A stretch of 64,000 nucleotides of DNA from an uncultured Acidobacteriota bacterium (GTDB lineage: Bacteria > Acidobacteriota > Terriglobia > UBA7540): the NCBI GenBank assembly GCA_963804995.1, contig CAWDSK010000001.1:192001-256000 (forward strand), given 5' to 3'. The translations under genes and the position numbers were made by a program. How positions within the stretch are numbered: the stretch's first letter is position 1; each line of letters starts with the position of its first letter. Positions 1-11,867 of the stretch are shown in pieces. A model generated the notes under the pieces. That model saw only the letters and a list, made by a program, of their open reading frames with translations. It was not told the origin of the DNA and searched no databases.

Positions 1-681
1 TTTTCACCGGGGTCCATGGTGAGATGGAACTCACCGGTCATGGTGGTATCGACAAATTCCAGAATGATGTTCGTGCCGATACCATCGATGTAGCGGTAGC
101 GCCACTGCTCGAAGGGATAGGTCTCCGTCGAAACCGCCGCCTTCTTCGAAGGGCCTTTGGTAGCTGCCGCCACTGGGGTGGGATTCGATTTCGTCGGGCG
201 GGCCCCACATGATGTAAATGCGGCCGCGATCCGCCTTCCAGCCGGGGATACCGGAAGCATAATGCTCATTGGCGTATGCAATGCGCCGGTAATATTCCTC
301 TTTGAATTCGTTTTCGGGGCTGCTGGGGTTGGGATTGCGACGCTCCCAGAAACCCTCAATGAATTGTTCGCGTTCATCGTCGGTACTGAGCTTCTTGAAA
401 GATGCCCGTTCTTCGTCCGTGATAATGTAGGGCACTTCCTCGGAGAGCCACTTCTTGTAAGGACTCTCCATTTCTTTCTGAATCGCCTTCTGACGCCGCT
501 TCTCCTCTTTGCTCACCTTCTCGGGGCTGGGGGTCTTTTCCTGCTCCTTGTCCTTGGGAGACGCGGCCGTTAAGGCCACCCAGCATGTGCCCAGAACGAC
601 CGCGGTAAGAATCCACAGGGCTCCGCGGCTCATCCAAGAAAGACAGGCTGAACGAACTGCATGTTTCGACACTTTACCCAC
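1..681 (-). CDS. GWxTD-domain protein (continues beyond window start; apparent +1 frameshift near 131)
   Basis: Signal-peptide-like N-terminus and motif [24 protein letters not shown]. After removing one T near 131-133 the frame continues [28 protein letters not shown], as expected for this family. Confidence 0.85.
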
Positions 682-864
682 CCTCTACACCATGGCGTAC
701 CTAGGGATTCTATTTTTGTGATATCGGAAAGTCAAGCCTGCACCTCGTGGCTTCAGCTTTCTCTACCCCCTGACCTGGACCTTCCTTAGATGCATCCCGG
801 ACAGGAAGGGTAGCCTTTCCCTCCCTTGCAACCTGATGCGCTCATACAACCTTCCAGTCGAGAC

Positions 865-890
865 GAAACTCTCACAGGTATCGAGCGTCT
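865..890 (+). promoter_or_regulatory. ECF sigma-type promoter candidate
   Basis: GAAAC-N16-CGTC motif upstream of the exporter operon. A divergent GCTACC..GCATCTAA motif (786-814, minus strand) faces the GWxTD gene. Confidence 0.35.
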
Positions 891-1575
891 CATAGGAAGA
901 GCGCTGCGGGAAGAGGGTTGCCTGGGGTCCATCCTGCGGCTTTGTCGTCGGATATCAAAGTGTTGCTAACCCCCTCATCCCTGGGACGTTCCCCCCTTTT
1001 ACGTGGGGGAGACTCGTTTGATTTTAGGCCTCAGTCGATGCGGTGGCGAAGGGAGGTGGATGGGATCGGACTGGGTGCGGCAATGTGACCGTCCAGCGTA
1101 ACTTATGGGACGCTCCCCCCAATCCGCACGGATGAACATCGGAACTCAAGGCGGCTACCGAAGGCCAGAAACAGTTGGGAATACGGGCGAATTGTCTGCC
1201 CCGAGATTCTTGTTCTTCAGGCTCTAATAAAGGGCTAAAATGCTCTTTGATTAGCTACTGGTAGCTTTTCAAGCATGGATCTTGCGGCCTGTGCTGGGGA
1301 TTAGCCTTTTATCCATTTTACTTGCTTCACACGGCAGGGAAAGGCAAGTTAAACCCACGAGCTCCGTTAGGCATCCTCGCTGTTGGCCACCTGAGCGCCA
1401 GAGTTTTTGACGAAACTTTCGAAACTCAAACAGCGTATTAGTCTTGGGAGCAGAAAACGGGGTGTCCCGAAGAGCCGGCAAGTTGGTTGCTCGGGAAGGG
1501 CGCGCGCATTACCTCCACGCCTGCAAAGATAACCTGATACCCTTTGGCACCTGCGAAGAGCGAGAGGAGTGCTCC

Positions 1576-3123
1576 ATGGCACAAATCAAGGAGCTGGAAA
1601 TGGGGAAAATCAGTAGCCCCACCTGGGAAGAGAAGCCTGGGCCGGTTCCACCCCGGCACCGCAACGGGACAGGCATGAAACGCTGGAAGAAAGTTGCCCT
1701 GCTGAGTGTAGGCGCCGCCGCGGTCATTGGATTGGCTGTTGGGGGAGTCGTGTGGAGCAGGCGGGGCGTGGTGACCGTGCAGACAGGAAAGGTCCAACGC
1801 CAGGATTTGACCCAGGTCGTCACGGCCAATGGCGAGGTCAAGCCCCTGCAGCAAAACCAGGCCAACGTGAACGCCAATTCCACGGGAAGGGTTACCGAAA
1901 TCCTGGTGAAGGAAGGCGACCACGTCACCAAGGGCCAGCTTCTGATGCGGACCGAGGACGTCCAGCAGGCGGCCGGCGTGGAAGCTCAGCAGGCAGCGGT
2001 CAAAACTTCGGAAGCGGATATTTCGGCGCAAGACGCCAATGTGCAGTCAGCCAAGGCGGCTCTCGAAACCGCCCAGGCGGACTTGGCACAGGCGATAGCC
2101 AAGCAGAATCAAGCCACTGAAAATTTCAAACGTGGCCAGGAACTCTTCAAGGCCAAATTGCTTTCCCAGCAAGACTTCGATACCCGGCTGAGCGACTACC
2201 GGGTAGCCCAGACGGGCAAGGATTCTGCCGAAGCAAGGGTGGCCCAGGCCAAGGCCCAGTACCAGCAGGCAGTGTACAACCGTGACATGGCCCGGGCCAG
2301 GGTGGGGCAGGCCAAGGCCCAACTTCTTGGCATTCAGAACCAACTGGCTCAAACCATCTACAAATCCCCACTCAACGGGATCGTAACTTCACTCCCGGTG
2401 CACTTGGGTGAAAACGTAGTTCCGGGCATCCAAAACGCCGTAGGCAGCTTGTTGTATCAGGTCTCAAACCTTTCGATTATGACGGTCGAAGTCAAAGTGG
2501 ATGAAACTGACATCCCCAACGTGAAGCTGGGGCAATCAGCAGATGTGTTGATTGATGCTTTTCCCAATAAAACCTTCAAGGGTCACGTGACCCAAATTGG
2601 CGAAAGCGCCGTGGGACGTAATACCGGGACAACCAGCGGTGCGAGTGCGGCAGCGACCACCTCTGACGAAGCGAAGGACTTTAAAGTGGTCGTTACCATC
2701 GATAACCCGCCACCCAGTCTCCGGCCGGGCCTATCCGGTACCGCAAAGATCACGACTGCGACCCGGCAGAATGCCGTGACCGTGCCGATTCAAGCCGTGA
2801 CGGTGCGCATGCGGCGTGAACTAGAAGAACCCAAAAACAAATCGGGCAAAGTCGAAGCGGCAAACGACAAGCCGCTTACAGCGAAGGAGAAAGAGGCTGC
2901 CAAAGAAGAGTTGCAGGGAGTTTTCGCGGTGCGAAATGGCAAAGCAGTCTTCGTCCCCATTGAGAGCGGCATCATGGGCTCTACGGACATGGAGATCCTG
3001 AAGGGCGTCCAACCCGGGGACGAAATCGTAACCGGCAGTTTCAGCGTCCTGCGCACCCTAAAAAACAACACGAAGGTGAAAATCGATAACAGCGTCAAGA
3101 CCCCGAATGGGCCAGCAGCCTGA
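1576..3123 (+). CDS. MacA-like membrane fusion (periplasmic adaptor) protein
   Basis: GAGGAG RBS before ATG 1576; N-terminal TM segment, lipoyl-like [13 protein letters not shown], long coiled coil, SPLNGIV motif. Confidence 0.9.
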   Translation: MAQIKELEMGKISSPTWEEKPGPVPPRHRNGTGMKRWKKVALLSVGAAAVIGLAVGGVVWSRRGVVTVQTGKVQRQDLTQVVTANGEVKPLQQNQANVNANSTGRVTEILVKEGDHVTKGQLLMRTEDVQQAAGVEAQQAAVKTSEADISAQDANVQSAKAALETAQADLAQAIAKQNQATENFKRGQELFKAKLLSQQDFDTRLSDYRVAQTGKDSAEARVAQAKAQYQQAVYNRDMARARVGQAKAQLLGIQNQLAQTIYKSPLNGIVTSLPVHLGENVVPGIQNAVGSLLYQVSNLSIMTVEVKVDETDIPNVKLGQSADVLIDAFPNKTFKGHVTQIGESAVGRNTGTTSGASAAATTSDEAKDFKVVVTIDNPPPSLRPGLSGTAKITTATRQNAVTVPIQAVTVRMRRELEEPKNKSGKVEAANDKPLTAKEKEAAKEELQGVFAVRNGKAVFVPIESGIMGSTDMEILKGVQPGDEIVTGSFSVLRTLKNNTKVKIDNSVKTPNGPAA

Positions 3124-3218
3124 TCACACACCTGCTCCGGCGAGCCATTGACAGGTCGCCGGGAGGAACTTGGCTGGCGCCCAGTGGTCGATGCCAGCCA
3201 GACAAATCAGGAGTTTGG

Positions 3219-3989
3219 ATGTCTGAGGAAAGGGACAGGCGAACCCCTATGGCGACTCAATTGGCCGCATCCCCCTTACAGGAAACTCTGGCGCCACCGG
3301 ATGGCGTGATCATCAAGACGGAAAACCTCTGGAAGACCTACGACATGGGTGAGGCCATCCAGGTACACGCCCTCAGTGGCGTTTCGTTCGAGATCGATCG
3401 GGGAGAGTACGTTGCCATCATGGGACCTTCCGGCTCCGGCAAATCCACCCTGATGAACCTGATCGGCTGCCTGGATACCCCCACGAGCGGGACCTACTGG
3501 CTGAACAAGCGCCTGGTGAGCGAGCTTTCTGACGACGAGCTGGCCTACATCCGCAATAGGGAAATCGGGTTCGTCTTTCAGACCTTCAACCTATTGTCAC
3601 GCGCCAGCGCTCTGCACAATGTAGAACTGCCTCTCATCTACAGCGGGATGCCGGCGAAGGACCGTTTGGAAAGGGCTGAGGACGCGCTCCGCAAGGTGGA
3701 TTTAGCCGACCGCATGCACCATAAGCCCAATGAACTCTCCGGAGGCCAGCGTCAACGCGTGGCCGTGGCTCGCGCGCTGGTGAACAACCCTTCCATCATC
3801 CTGGCCGACGAGCCCACCGGCAATCTCGATTCCGCCACGGGTGAAGAAATCATGGGCCTTTTTGAGCGCCTGCACCAAGCCGGCAACACCCTGGTGCTAG
3901 TGACCCACGAACACGATATTGCCGCTCATGCCCATCGCATCATTCACGTTCGCGACGGCCGCATCGAGCGGGATGAAAAGGTTGGCTAG
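3219..3989 (+). CDS. ABC transporter ATP-binding protein (MacB/LolD-type)
   Basis: Walker [17 protein letters not shown] signature, [11 protein letters not shown]. Confidence 0.95.
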   Translation: MSEERDRRTPMATQLAASPLQETLAPPDGVIIKTENLWKTYDMGEAIQVHALSGVSFEIDRGEYVAIMGPSGSGKSTLMNLIGCLDTPTSGTYWLNKRLVSELSDDELAYIRNREIGFVFQTFNLLSRASALHNVELPLIYSGMPAKDRLERAEDALRKVDLADRMHHKPNELSGGQRQRVAVARALVNNPSIILADEPTGNLDSATGEEIMGLFERLHQAGNTLVLVTHEHDIAAHAHRIIHVRDGRIERDEKVG

Positions 3990-4024
3990 TCCGCCGGCAT
4001 GGCCGCCGGAAAAAAGGAAGACGC

Positions 4025-5317
4025 TTGGCATCCATCAGCCAAACCGCTTCACTCCCCCGCGGGCTCGCGACGCGGCGGACCGCCGGGGCGTGGGTAACCA
4101 TCCGCGAAGCCTTCTGGATCGCCCTCGAAGCCTTAAGGGCCCACAAGCTGCGTTCCTTCCTGACTCTGCTGGGCGTCGTCATCGCCACCACTACGCTAAT
4201 CGTCGTCATGTCGGTCATCAACGGCATGAATTCCTACATCGCCGATCGAATTGCCAACCTGGGCGCCAACACGTTTGTTCTCCACCAATATCAATGGGCG
4301 CAGGATTACGAGGCCTGGTTGAAAGCGCGGCGCCGCAACCAACCCATCCGCATTGAGGATTTTGATTTCCTCCAGGAGAACCTCCAAGGCTATAAAGCGA
4401 TGGGCGCGGAAGCCTGGATGTCGGGAGAAAGCGATGCCCATTACAAGGGCCATATCCTTTACGAAGTCAACCTGACGGGCGACACGCCCAACATGATTGA
4501 TATCGGCCAGGCCAAGGTGAGCATGGGCCGCTATTTCAACGAGACCGACTACCAGCACGAATCCCTGGTCTGCTTCATCGGCTCGGACCTGGTGGATGAG
4601 TTCTTCCCCACCGTCGACCCTATTGGCAAGGAAATCAGCGTGCGGGGCGCTAATTTCACCATCATCGGCATCGCGGCCAAGATGGGCTCGACTTTCGGTG
4701 AGAGCCAGGACAAGTTCGTGCAGATTCCCCTCACCGCGTTGCGTAAACTCTTCCAGGCCCGCCCGCAACTTGCCGTCAGCGTGCAGGCCTGGGATGCCCA
4801 GCAGATGATGATATTGGAAGACCAGGTCCGCGCCCTGATGCGTGCGCGGCGTCACGTGGCTTACAAAGATGATGACCCGTTCGGCATCAATGCCTCGGAA
4901 ACCATCATGGCGACCTGGAAAATGCTGACCGGGTCTATTTTTGCCGTCACCATCGGCATCGTAGCGGTCTTCATGGTGGTGGGCGGCATCGTGATCATGA
5001 ACATTATGCTGGCCAGCGTTACCGAGCGGACGCATGAGATCGGAATCCGCAAATCGCTGGGAGCCCGCCGCCGCGACATCCTGATGCAATTTGTCATCGA
5101 GTCCAGTGTGATGGCTTGCACAGGCGGGGGCGTGGGAGTTTTGCTCGCCCTCATCATCAGCAAGATTGTGGATTATTTCTTCACGTCCTCGGTGCCGTTG
5201 AGCGCCGTGATCGTGGGGCTGTTCCTCTCTACGGCCGTAGGGCTCTTCTTTGGGATTTACCCGGCCAGTCAGGCCGCCAAACTCGATCCCATCGAAGCCC
5301 TGCGCACGGAGAACTGA
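4025..5317 (+). CDS. ABC transporter permease (MacB/FtsX-type)
   Basis: LRSFLTLLGVVI, VGGIVIMNIMLASVTERTHEIGIRKSLGA, LDPIEALR. Confidence 0.95.
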   Translation: MASISQTASLPRGLATRRTAGAWVTIREAFWIALEALRAHKLRSFLTLLGVVIATTTLIVVMSVINGMNSYIADRIANLGANTFVLHQYQWAQDYEAWLKARRRNQPIRIEDFDFLQENLQGYKAMGAEAWMSGESDAHYKGHILYEVNLTGDTPNMIDIGQAKVSMGRYFNETDYQHESLVCFIGSDLVDEFFPTVDPIGKEISVRGANFTIIGIAAKMGSTFGESQDKFVQIPLTALRKLFQARPQLAVSVQAWDAQQMMILEDQVRALMRARRHVAYKDDDPFGINASETIMATWKMLTGSIFAVTIGIVAVFMVVGGIVIMNIMLASVTERTHEIGIRKSLGARRRDILMQFVIESSVMACTGGGVGVLLALIISKIVDYFFTSSVPLSAVIVGLFLSTAVGLFFGIYPASQAAKLDPIEALRTEN

Positions 5318-5319
5318 GC

Positions 5320-6570
5320 ATGGTAACTGCGCGTGGCCACAATATCCGCGAAAATCTCCTGCTGGCGCTGGACACGCTGCGGACCCACAAGTTTCGCGCC
5401 TTCCTGACGGTCCTGGGAGTCTTGATTGGCACCATGACGGTGATCGGAGTGGCCTCCATCTTCAACGGGCTGGACCGGCAAGTGGTCGATGTCGCCCAGG
5501 GCTTCGGCACCAACACGCTTTTCATCTTCAAGTGGGATCCCGGCATCAAGTTCAACGTGACGCGTGAGGAGTGGCGCCGCAAGGAATTGACCTACGACGA
5601 CGCCGTCGCCATCCGGGAGAACTGCCCTTCCGTGAAAACAGTGTCGGCGCGGCTGCTGCGATTCTCCAACGCCGTGGTGTCCAAGTATAAAGGCCAGGAA
5701 ATGGTGGACACCAACTTCAACGGGGTGACGTCGGAGTATTTCGACAACGGAAACTTCGAACTGGCCGACGGCCATCTTTTCACCAACATTGATAGCCTGC
5801 ACCGGCGAGACGTGGGTGTGATCGGCGCTGACATCGTCCTACGCTTTTTCCAGGGCGAAGACCCCATCGGAAAAGTCATCACCGTGGATGGAAAATCCGT
5901 GGAGGTCATCGGAACCCTCAAGAAGGGAAAGAACATTGCCGGTGGTGACAACGGCTTTGACCGTTTCGTCTGGGTTCCTTACTTCACTTATAAAAAGTAT
6001 TACCCCCAGGCGAAAGAGAACTTCATCACCGCGGAAGCCGAGCCGGGAAGACTGGACGAGGCCCGGGATGAAGTCCGCAGTCTGCTGCGCCGGCGGCGCA
6101 GGGTGAAATTCTCCGACCCCGATAATTTCGGTGTTTCCAGCGCCGAGGCTTTGATCACACAGTTCCGTGACATCATGGGAACCGTTGTCCTCGTGACCAT
6201 GGTGATCTCCTCCATCGGCCTCATGGTGGGAGGAATTGGCGTTATGAACATCATGCTGGTGTCGGTCACCGAGCGGACGCGCGAAATCGGTGTACGCAAA
6301 GCCATTGGTGCGCGCCGCAGCGACATAACCTGGCAGTTCCTGCTCGAAGCCATGACCTTGACGGGCGCCGGGGGCATATTGGGGATCCTGTCGGGCTGTA
6401 CCCTCAGCTTGCTCATCCGCGCCCTGGTTCCCAGCTTGCCCTCGACGGTGCCCCTGTGGGCCATCGTCACCGGCTTTGCCGTTTCCGTCAGCATCGGACT
6501 GTTCTTCGGCATGTGGCCTGCCCTCAAGGCCTCCCGCCTCGATCCCATCGTGGCCTTGCGGCACGAATAG
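5320..6570 (+). CDS. ABC transporter permease (MacB/FtsX-type), second paralogue
   Basis: ATG 5320 just after the previous stop; VGGIGVMNIMLVSVTERTREIGVRKAIGA, LDPIVALRHE. Confidence 0.95.
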   Translation: MVTARGHNIRENLLLALDTLRTHKFRAFLTVLGVLIGTMTVIGVASIFNGLDRQVVDVAQGFGTNTLFIFKWDPGIKFNVTREEWRRKELTYDDAVAIRENCPSVKTVSARLLRFSNAVVSKYKGQEMVDTNFNGVTSEYFDNGNFELADGHLFTNIDSLHRRDVGVIGADIVLRFFQGEDPIGKVITVDGKSVEVIGTLKKGKNIAGGDNGFDRFVWVPYFTYKKYYPQAKENFITAEAEPGRLDEARDEVRSLLRRRRRVKFSDPDNFGVSSAEALITQFRDIMGTVVLVTMVISSIGLMVGGIGVMNIMLVSVTERTREIGVRKAIGARRSDITWQFLLEAMTLTGAGGILGILSGCTLSLLIRALVPSLPSTVPLWAIVTGFAVSVSIGLFFGMWPALKASRLDPIVALRHE

Positions 6571-6674
6571 ACAACAATGGTTCAACCCGTGAGGTCGTAG
6601 GAAACCAAGGCGCCGAGGGGTGTCGGGTGAGCTGAAGGGAGCTCATGGGGGGAGGACCCTCGGCGCCAGGGAAA

Positions 6675-7211
6675 CTAGGCAAAGATGAGAAAACCTACAT
6701 AGCCGAGGCCGGCACCCAGAAGCGCGCCGGCCACAACATCACTCAAGAAGTGCATTCCCAGGACAATCCGCGAAGTGGCCACGCTGAACGCGCAGAAAAG
6801 CAGCGCGCCCAGGAACAACGGATAGAAACTCCCCACCGCAAACGTAAAGGCGAAGGCTGTGATGGTATGGCCAGAGGGGAATGAAAACTGGTCGGGCGGC
6901 AGCAACGTCGCCCAGCAATGAGGCTCAAGCGCGTTTGGGCGCTTGCGCCCGGTTACTTTCTTCAGAATGAGGAAGAGAATTGCCCCAACTACGCAGGCCG
7001 TCCATGCGGCCGCCACTGCGGCCAGGCGCGAAGGGCCGCGGTAAACCAGGATGAGTGCGGTCAAACCGTACCAGAGCCAGCCATCGCCGCCGCGTGTCGC
7101 GTAAATCATCCACAGCCGGAACCAACGAGGTGGGCGCCAACGGTGCACGCGCCGCATCAGGCGATGGTCACGCGTCGCGATGTAATCGAGCATGTGGCCG
7201 GGGAGCGTCAT
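6675..7211 (-). CDS. PAP2-family membrane phosphatase
   Basis: KKVTGRKRP, SFPSGH and SRIVLGMHFLSDV motifs; start overlaps the PHP gene stop (ATGA). Confidence 0.9.
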   Translation of the reverse strand: MTLPGHMLDYIATRDHRLMRRVHRWRPPRWFRLWMIYATRGGDGWLWYGLTALILVYRGPSRLAAVAAAWTACVVGAILFLILKKVTGRKRPNALEPHCWATLLPPDQFSFPSGHTITAFAFTFAVGSFYPLFLGALLFCAFSVATSRIVLGMHFLSDVVAGALLGAGLGYVGFLIFA

Positions 7212-8095
7212 GCCGTCGCCTCCCCGGACGCTGCCCGCATGCCACCAGCGGAGGCGCCGGTCTCGAGGCCCCGCAACTGCTCCCAGCGCGGACCCCAACG
7301 CCGGGCGAACAGGTCTTCCATGCAATAATTGAGCATGGTCACGACAGGGACTGCCAACACCAAGGGAGCCAGAACTCGCGCCAACGGCTTCTCGTTGAGC
7401 AACGCACCGCAAATCTGCCAAACGTCGCGCGTCAGTTTCCAGAACCTACCTGATCCGCCTTCTACCCGGCCGCGTCCACGTCGCAGATCCTCGAGAAACT
7501 CCGCCTTATTGCGAGCGCCCTCAACGTACGTACAGGCAGTCCCCAGGGATTCGAGCGTGTGGGCGTCACTCCCGCCCAGCATGACCTTGCCGGAATACTC
7601 CGCCATTCGCCGGGCCAGGCGATTGCAGCGCTCAAGCACGTGCCCGTTGACGACTTCCACGGCCGGAAAAGCACTGTCCATCCAATCGAAGTCTTCGAGC
7701 GACCGGCGCCCGGTCAGTCCCGAGAAGGCGTGGTTCACACTGTAGAAAAGCTGCTGCGCATCGAGATATGCTACCAGGCGCGGCAGGTCGTTGCGCCGCC
7801 GCTGGATCTCCACATGCTGCCGCTCTGTAAGATCGTACACGCCGATGTGCAGCTCGTTGCCGTTCGGCATGCGGCAGGTTACTTCCTCGCTCAGGAAGAA
7901 ATCCTCGTGCCGGCGCAGGACTTCAGCGGCGTCAATGGAGTCGTGATCGGAAACCGTGACCAAGTTCATCCCCTTGCGTTTCAATTCCTGGTATACCGCC
8001 TCCGGGGGGCTGTAGCATTCGCGACAAAAGGCTTTCAGCACCGGCAGAGTACACATGCCGGAGTGGATCGTGTGAACATGAAGGTCACATCGCAC
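7208..8095 (-). CDS. PHP-domain metallophosphoesterase
   Basis: DLHVHT, VSDHD, NH and GGSDAH metal-binding motifs. Confidence 0.9.
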   Translation of the reverse strand: MRCDLHVHTIHSGMCTLPVLKAFCRECYSPPEAVYQELKRKGMNLVTVSDHDSIDAAEVLRRHEDFFLSEEVTCRMPNGNELHIGVYDLTERQHVEIQRRRNDLPRLVAYLDAQQLFYSVNHAFSGLTGRRSLEDFDWMDSAFPAVEVVNGHVLERCNRLARRMAEYSGKVMLGGSDAHTLESLGTACTYVEGARNKAEFLEDLRRGRGRVEGGSGRFWKLTRDVWQICGALLNEKPLARVLAPLVLAVPVVTMLNYCMEDLFARRWGPRWEQLRGLETGASAGGMRAASGEATA

Positions 8096-8114
8096 GTTCC
8101 AGAGTAGAAAACAA

Positions 8115-8154
8115 TTGTTACAGGTGTTTATATTCGGAGTTAAATATTGATGAA
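8115..8154 (-). promoter_or_regulatory. Possible Pho-box-like 11-bp periodic repeats
   Basis: Minus strand reads TTCATC-N5-TTAACT-N5-TATAAA-N5-GTAACA in the AT-rich divergent intergenic region. Confidence 0.35.
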
Positions 8155-8205
8155 CAGTGTCTATTGCCTATTTACAAGATAGAAGAATTATGAAAACTTA
8201 AGAGC

Positions 8206-9387
8206 ATGATTAACGTCGACTTAATCTTCTTCGATGCGGGCGGTGGTCATCGCGCGGCCGCTGAGGCTCTCCGCCTGGTGATGAACGAGCAAGGGGAATG
8301 GAATGTCCGCCTGGTCAATCTCCAGGAGTTGATGGATCCGATCGACCTGACACGCAAATTGACCGGCCTGCGCACGCAGGATTTTTACAATCTGATGCTG
8401 AAAAAAGGCTGGACGCTGGGCACGACGCAATCCGTGCGTGTGCTGCAAGCCCTGATCCGCCTGCTGCACGGAAAGCAAGTTAGAATCCTGCAAGAGTTCT
8501 GGCACGGCAACCGGACGGACCTTGTGGTCTCCCTCGTTCCGCATTTCAACCGCGCGCTCCTGGACAGCCTGCGCCGCGTGTGGCCGGGGACGCCGTTCGT
8601 CACCCTCCTCACCGATTTCGCCGATATTCCCCCGCATTTCTGGATCGAGCCGCAGGAGCAGTATCTCATTTGCGGGACGGACCGCGCGGTCGAGCAGGCC
8701 CGCAGCCTGGGCCATGGCGACAACCGGATTTTTCAGACCTCCGGCATGATTCTGCACCCGCGGTTCTATCAGCCCATCGCCTGCGACCGGCGCGCGGAAC
8801 GGGAGCGCCGGGGGCTTGACCCCAACCTGCCAACCGGGCTTGTACTTTTCGGTGGGCAGGGTTCCGACACCATGCTCGAAATCGCCGAGCGCCTGGATGC
8901 TGCGCCACTGGATCTTCAACTCATCTTCATCTGCGGCCGAAACGAAAAGCTGGCGGCCGCTCTGCGGGGTCGCCCCAGCCGCCTGCGCCGCTTTGTGGAA
9001 AGCTTCACCAAGGAAGTCCCTGCTTACATGGTGCTTTCCGACTTCTTTATCGGCAAGCCCGGTCCCGGAAGCGTTAGCGAGGCACTGGCCATGCGGCTGC
9101 CCGTCATCGTCGAGCGTAACGGCTGGACGCTCCCACAGGAACGCTACAACGCCGAGTGGATTCTTGAAAAGCAAGTGGGGCTGGTGGTCCGTGGGCCGCG
9201 CGATATCCCCGCGGCGGTTAAGTTGCTGCTCGAACCTGCCAACCTGGCGCGTTTCCGAGCCAATACGGCGGCCATCAAAAATCGGGCGGTCTACGAGATT
9301 CCTGGAATCCTGCGCCGGATTGTGGAAGGAACATCCGATAGCGCCGCCGTCGAGCCCGAAAGATCATGGAGCGAACAGCGCGCGTAG
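8206..9387 (+). CDS. MGDG-synthase/UgtP-like diacylglycerol glycosyltransferase (GT28)
   Basis: [38 protein letters not shown] motifs. Confidence 0.88.
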   Translation: MINVDLIFFDAGGGHRAAAEALRLVMNEQGEWNVRLVNLQELMDPIDLTRKLTGLRTQDFYNLMLKKGWTLGTTQSVRVLQALIRLLHGKQVRILQEFWHGNRTDLVVSLVPHFNRALLDSLRRVWPGTPFVTLLTDFADIPPHFWIEPQEQYLICGTDRAVEQARSLGHGDNRIFQTSGMILHPRFYQPIACDRRAERERRGLDPNLPTGLVLFGGQGSDTMLEIAERLDAAPLDLQLIFICGRNEKLAAALRGRPSRLRRFVESFTKEVPAYMVLSDFFIGKPGPGSVSEALAMRLPVIVERNGWTLPQERYNAEWILEKQVGLVVRGPRDIPAAVKLLLEPANLARFRANTAAIKNRAVYEIPGILRRIVEGTSDSAAVEPERSWSEQRA

Positions 9388-10446
9388 GCTGTCGATAAAG
9401 GGCGCGCGCGCCACACCCTTCTCAGTAATGATAGCCGTGATATAGCGCTGCGGGGTAACATCAAAGGCGGGATGCCGCGCTTCGACACCGGCGGGGGCGA
9501 TGTCCACTCCCGCCCAGCGAGTGACTTCCGCAGCAGACCGCTCTTCGATGGGGATCAGTTCTCCCGAAGCCAGGCTCATATCGATGGTCGAAAGCGGGGC
9601 GGCCACGTAAAAGGGGATGCTGTTCTCGCGGGCCAGCACGGCCACGCTATAGGTTCCGATTTTGTTGGCGGTGTCGCCATTCGCAGCGATGCGGTCCGCC
9701 CCCACGATGACGGCGCGAATCTCCCCCTGCTTCATGAAATGCCCCGCCATGTTATCCGTGATGATCGTAACCGGGATGTGATCTTTGTCGAGTTCCCAGG
9801 CTGTCAGCCGCGCGCCTTGCAGGAACGGACGAGTCTCATCGGCAAAAACCTTGAGCTTCTTCCCCGCTCCCACCGCGGCACGAATCACTCCCAGCGCCGT
9901 GCCGTAGCCCCCGGTCGCCAGCGCCCCCGCGTTGCAATGCGTAAGCACGGTTCCCGCATCCGGCATCAGGTCCGCACCGTGACGGCCCATGGCTTCGTTG
10001 ATGGCAATGTCCTCCGCCAGGATTCGCTGCGCCTCGGCTTCGAGCGTTTTCCGCACGGCGTCGAAACCTGTTGCATCGGCAGCGTGGCTTGACAGGGAAT
10101 TCTCAAAAACCGCGCGCATGCGCTTGCCCGCCCAGAACAGGTTGACGGCCGTGGGGCGCGTCTTTGAAATCGTCTCAGCGATGCGATCGAAGTCCGCACG
10201 TAACTCGGCCACATCCCTTGCTGCGGAATGCTTGATGCCCAGCGCCACGCCCATCGCGGCGGCCACACCAATTGCCGGCGCGCCGCGAATCACCAGGGAG
10301 CGAATCGCCTCCGCAACGTCGCGATAGTCGCTATAGGTCCGGTAAATCTCTTCCCCTGGCAGGCGCGTTTGGTCGATCATCCGCACGCCTTCCTCAGTCC
10401 ACTCGATGGTTTTGAACGCACCGCCCACTGCAATTGATTTCGTCAT
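9364..10446 (-). CDS. mtnA: S-methyl-5-thioribose-1-phosphate isomerase
   Basis: [54 protein letters not shown]. Confidence 0.95.
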   Translation of the reverse strand: MTKSIAVGGAFKTIEWTEEGVRMIDQTRLPGEEIYRTYSDYRDVAEAIRSLVIRGAPAIGVAAAMGVALGIKHSAARDVAELRADFDRIAETISKTRPTAVNLFWAGKRMRAVFENSLSSHAADATGFDAVRKTLEAEAQRILAEDIAINEAMGRHGADLMPDAGTVLTHCNAGALATGGYGTALGVIRAAVGAGKKLKVFADETRPFLQGARLTAWELDKDHIPVTIITDNMAGHFMKQGEIRAVIVGADRIAANGDTANKIGTYSVAVLARENSIPFYVAAPLSTIDMSLASGELIPIEERSAAEVTRWAGVDIAPAGVEARHPAFDVTPQRYITAIITEKGVARAPFIDSLRALFAP

Positions 10447-10765
10447 AGGATCAAAAGATATCACACTCTTGCTCCCCTGCCTCGGGGGCAATCCCCTGCA
10501 GCTCCCTGGTAGAAGGTGGAAGGGAGTTTCCAATACAACAACCATGGCGACCTACAGTTACAGGCTGCCTGCACCCTTCGCGCTGGACCGCCTTTTCGAA
10601 TTTCGAGCGCCAGCAAAACTCCTTTTGGAGCACCAATGGCACCGGGCGTGCTGCCAACAGAGTGAGGCCGCATAGAGAAGGGTGAAAAGAGACATTTTGT
10701 CGTGTTTTCACCCTAGAGCCTCGTTGCTAGCACGAGTTTTACCGCTAATTTTTCCGGAGGGCTCC

Positions 10766-11785
10766 ATGGATATCCTCGAGAAGCTTCGTACCCGCGCCCG
10801 TCTTTCTCCCAAGCATATTGTTCTTTTTGAGGGCGAAGAAGACCGGACGCTCCTAGCCGCCCAGTTGATTGAAAAGGAAAAGTTGGCCAACCTGACCCTC
10901 CTCGGGGACACCTCCAAGATTAATGCCCGCCTTCAGGCATTGGGCTTGCACCTCAAAAGTACCCAGCTCCTCGATCCTGTCTCCAGCCCCAAGCTGGAGG
11001 AATACGCCGATCTCCTCTACGAGCGCCGTCGTGCCAAAGGCATGAACCAGGAACAGGCGCTCAAAGCCACTCGGCAGCCGCGCAACTATGCCGCCCTGAT
11101 GGTGTCGGCGGATGAGGCAGACGGTTCCGTGGGAGGTGCGCTGAACACTACGGCCGACACGGTGCGTTCCGCGCTATGGGGGATTGGCGTGGCGCCAGGC
11201 GTCTCGCTCGTATCAAGTTTCTTTCTGATGATCTCTCCTCTCAAGAACCTGGGCGCGGACGGCGCGACGCTGTTCGCTGACAGTGGCGTGGTTCCGCAGC
11301 CCACGCCCTCGCAACTGGCGGATATAGCCATCGCCACGGCCGCAAACGCTCGGGCCCTCCTGGAGGTCGAGCCGCTCGTCGCATTGCTTTCCTTCTCAAC
11401 CAAGGGAAGCGCTGAACACCCCATGATCGACGCGGTTCGAGAGGCGCTCGCGCTCGTCAAGCAGCGGGCGCCACAACTTGCCGTGGACGGTGAGCTCCAG
11501 GGCGACGCGGCCCTGATCCCCGAAATCGGCTTGCGCAAGGCGCCTGGTTCGCCGGTGGCCGGGCGCGCCAACGTGCTGATCTTCCCCGATTTGAACGCCG
11601 GCAACATCGGATACAAGTTGGCGGAGCGCTTCGGCGGGTGCGTGGCCATCGGGCCCATCCTGCAAGGGCTCGCCAAGCCCGCCAACGACCTTTCGCGCGG
11701 CTGCAAAACGGAAGACATTGTGGTGGCTGCGGTCATCACCGCCATCCAAGCCCAGAACGTGAAGCAGCAACCCCAGGCCGCGTAG
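10766..11785 (+). CDS. pta: Phosphate acetyltransferase
   Basis: [56 protein letters not shown]. Confidence 0.95.
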   Translation: MDILEKLRTRARLSPKHIVLFEGEEDRTLLAAQLIEKEKLANLTLLGDTSKINARLQALGLHLKSTQLLDPVSSPKLEEYADLLYERRRAKGMNQEQALKATRQPRNYAALMVSADEADGSVGGALNTTADTVRSALWGIGVAPGVSLVSSFFLMISPLKNLGADGATLFADSGVVPQPTPSQLADIAIATAANARALLEVEPLVALLSFSTKGSAEHPMIDAVREALALVKQRAPQLAVDGELQGDAALIPEIGLRKAPGSPVAGRANVLIFPDLNAGNIGYKLAERFGGCVAIGPILQGLAKPANDLSRGCKTEDIVVAAVITAIQAQNVKQQPQAA

Positions 11786-11867
11786 GGGCTGGCGGCGACC
11801 CGTGAATTTCGGACCGGCATAATCTCCAAACCTTCAGCCAAGGGGGAGTGCTAAACTCTCCTCGGGT

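Noticed and set aside
226..243. GWKAD instead of the canonical GWxTD motif as functional novelty
   Set aside because: A single substitution in a region that also shows a probable sequence error; not interpretable without reads.
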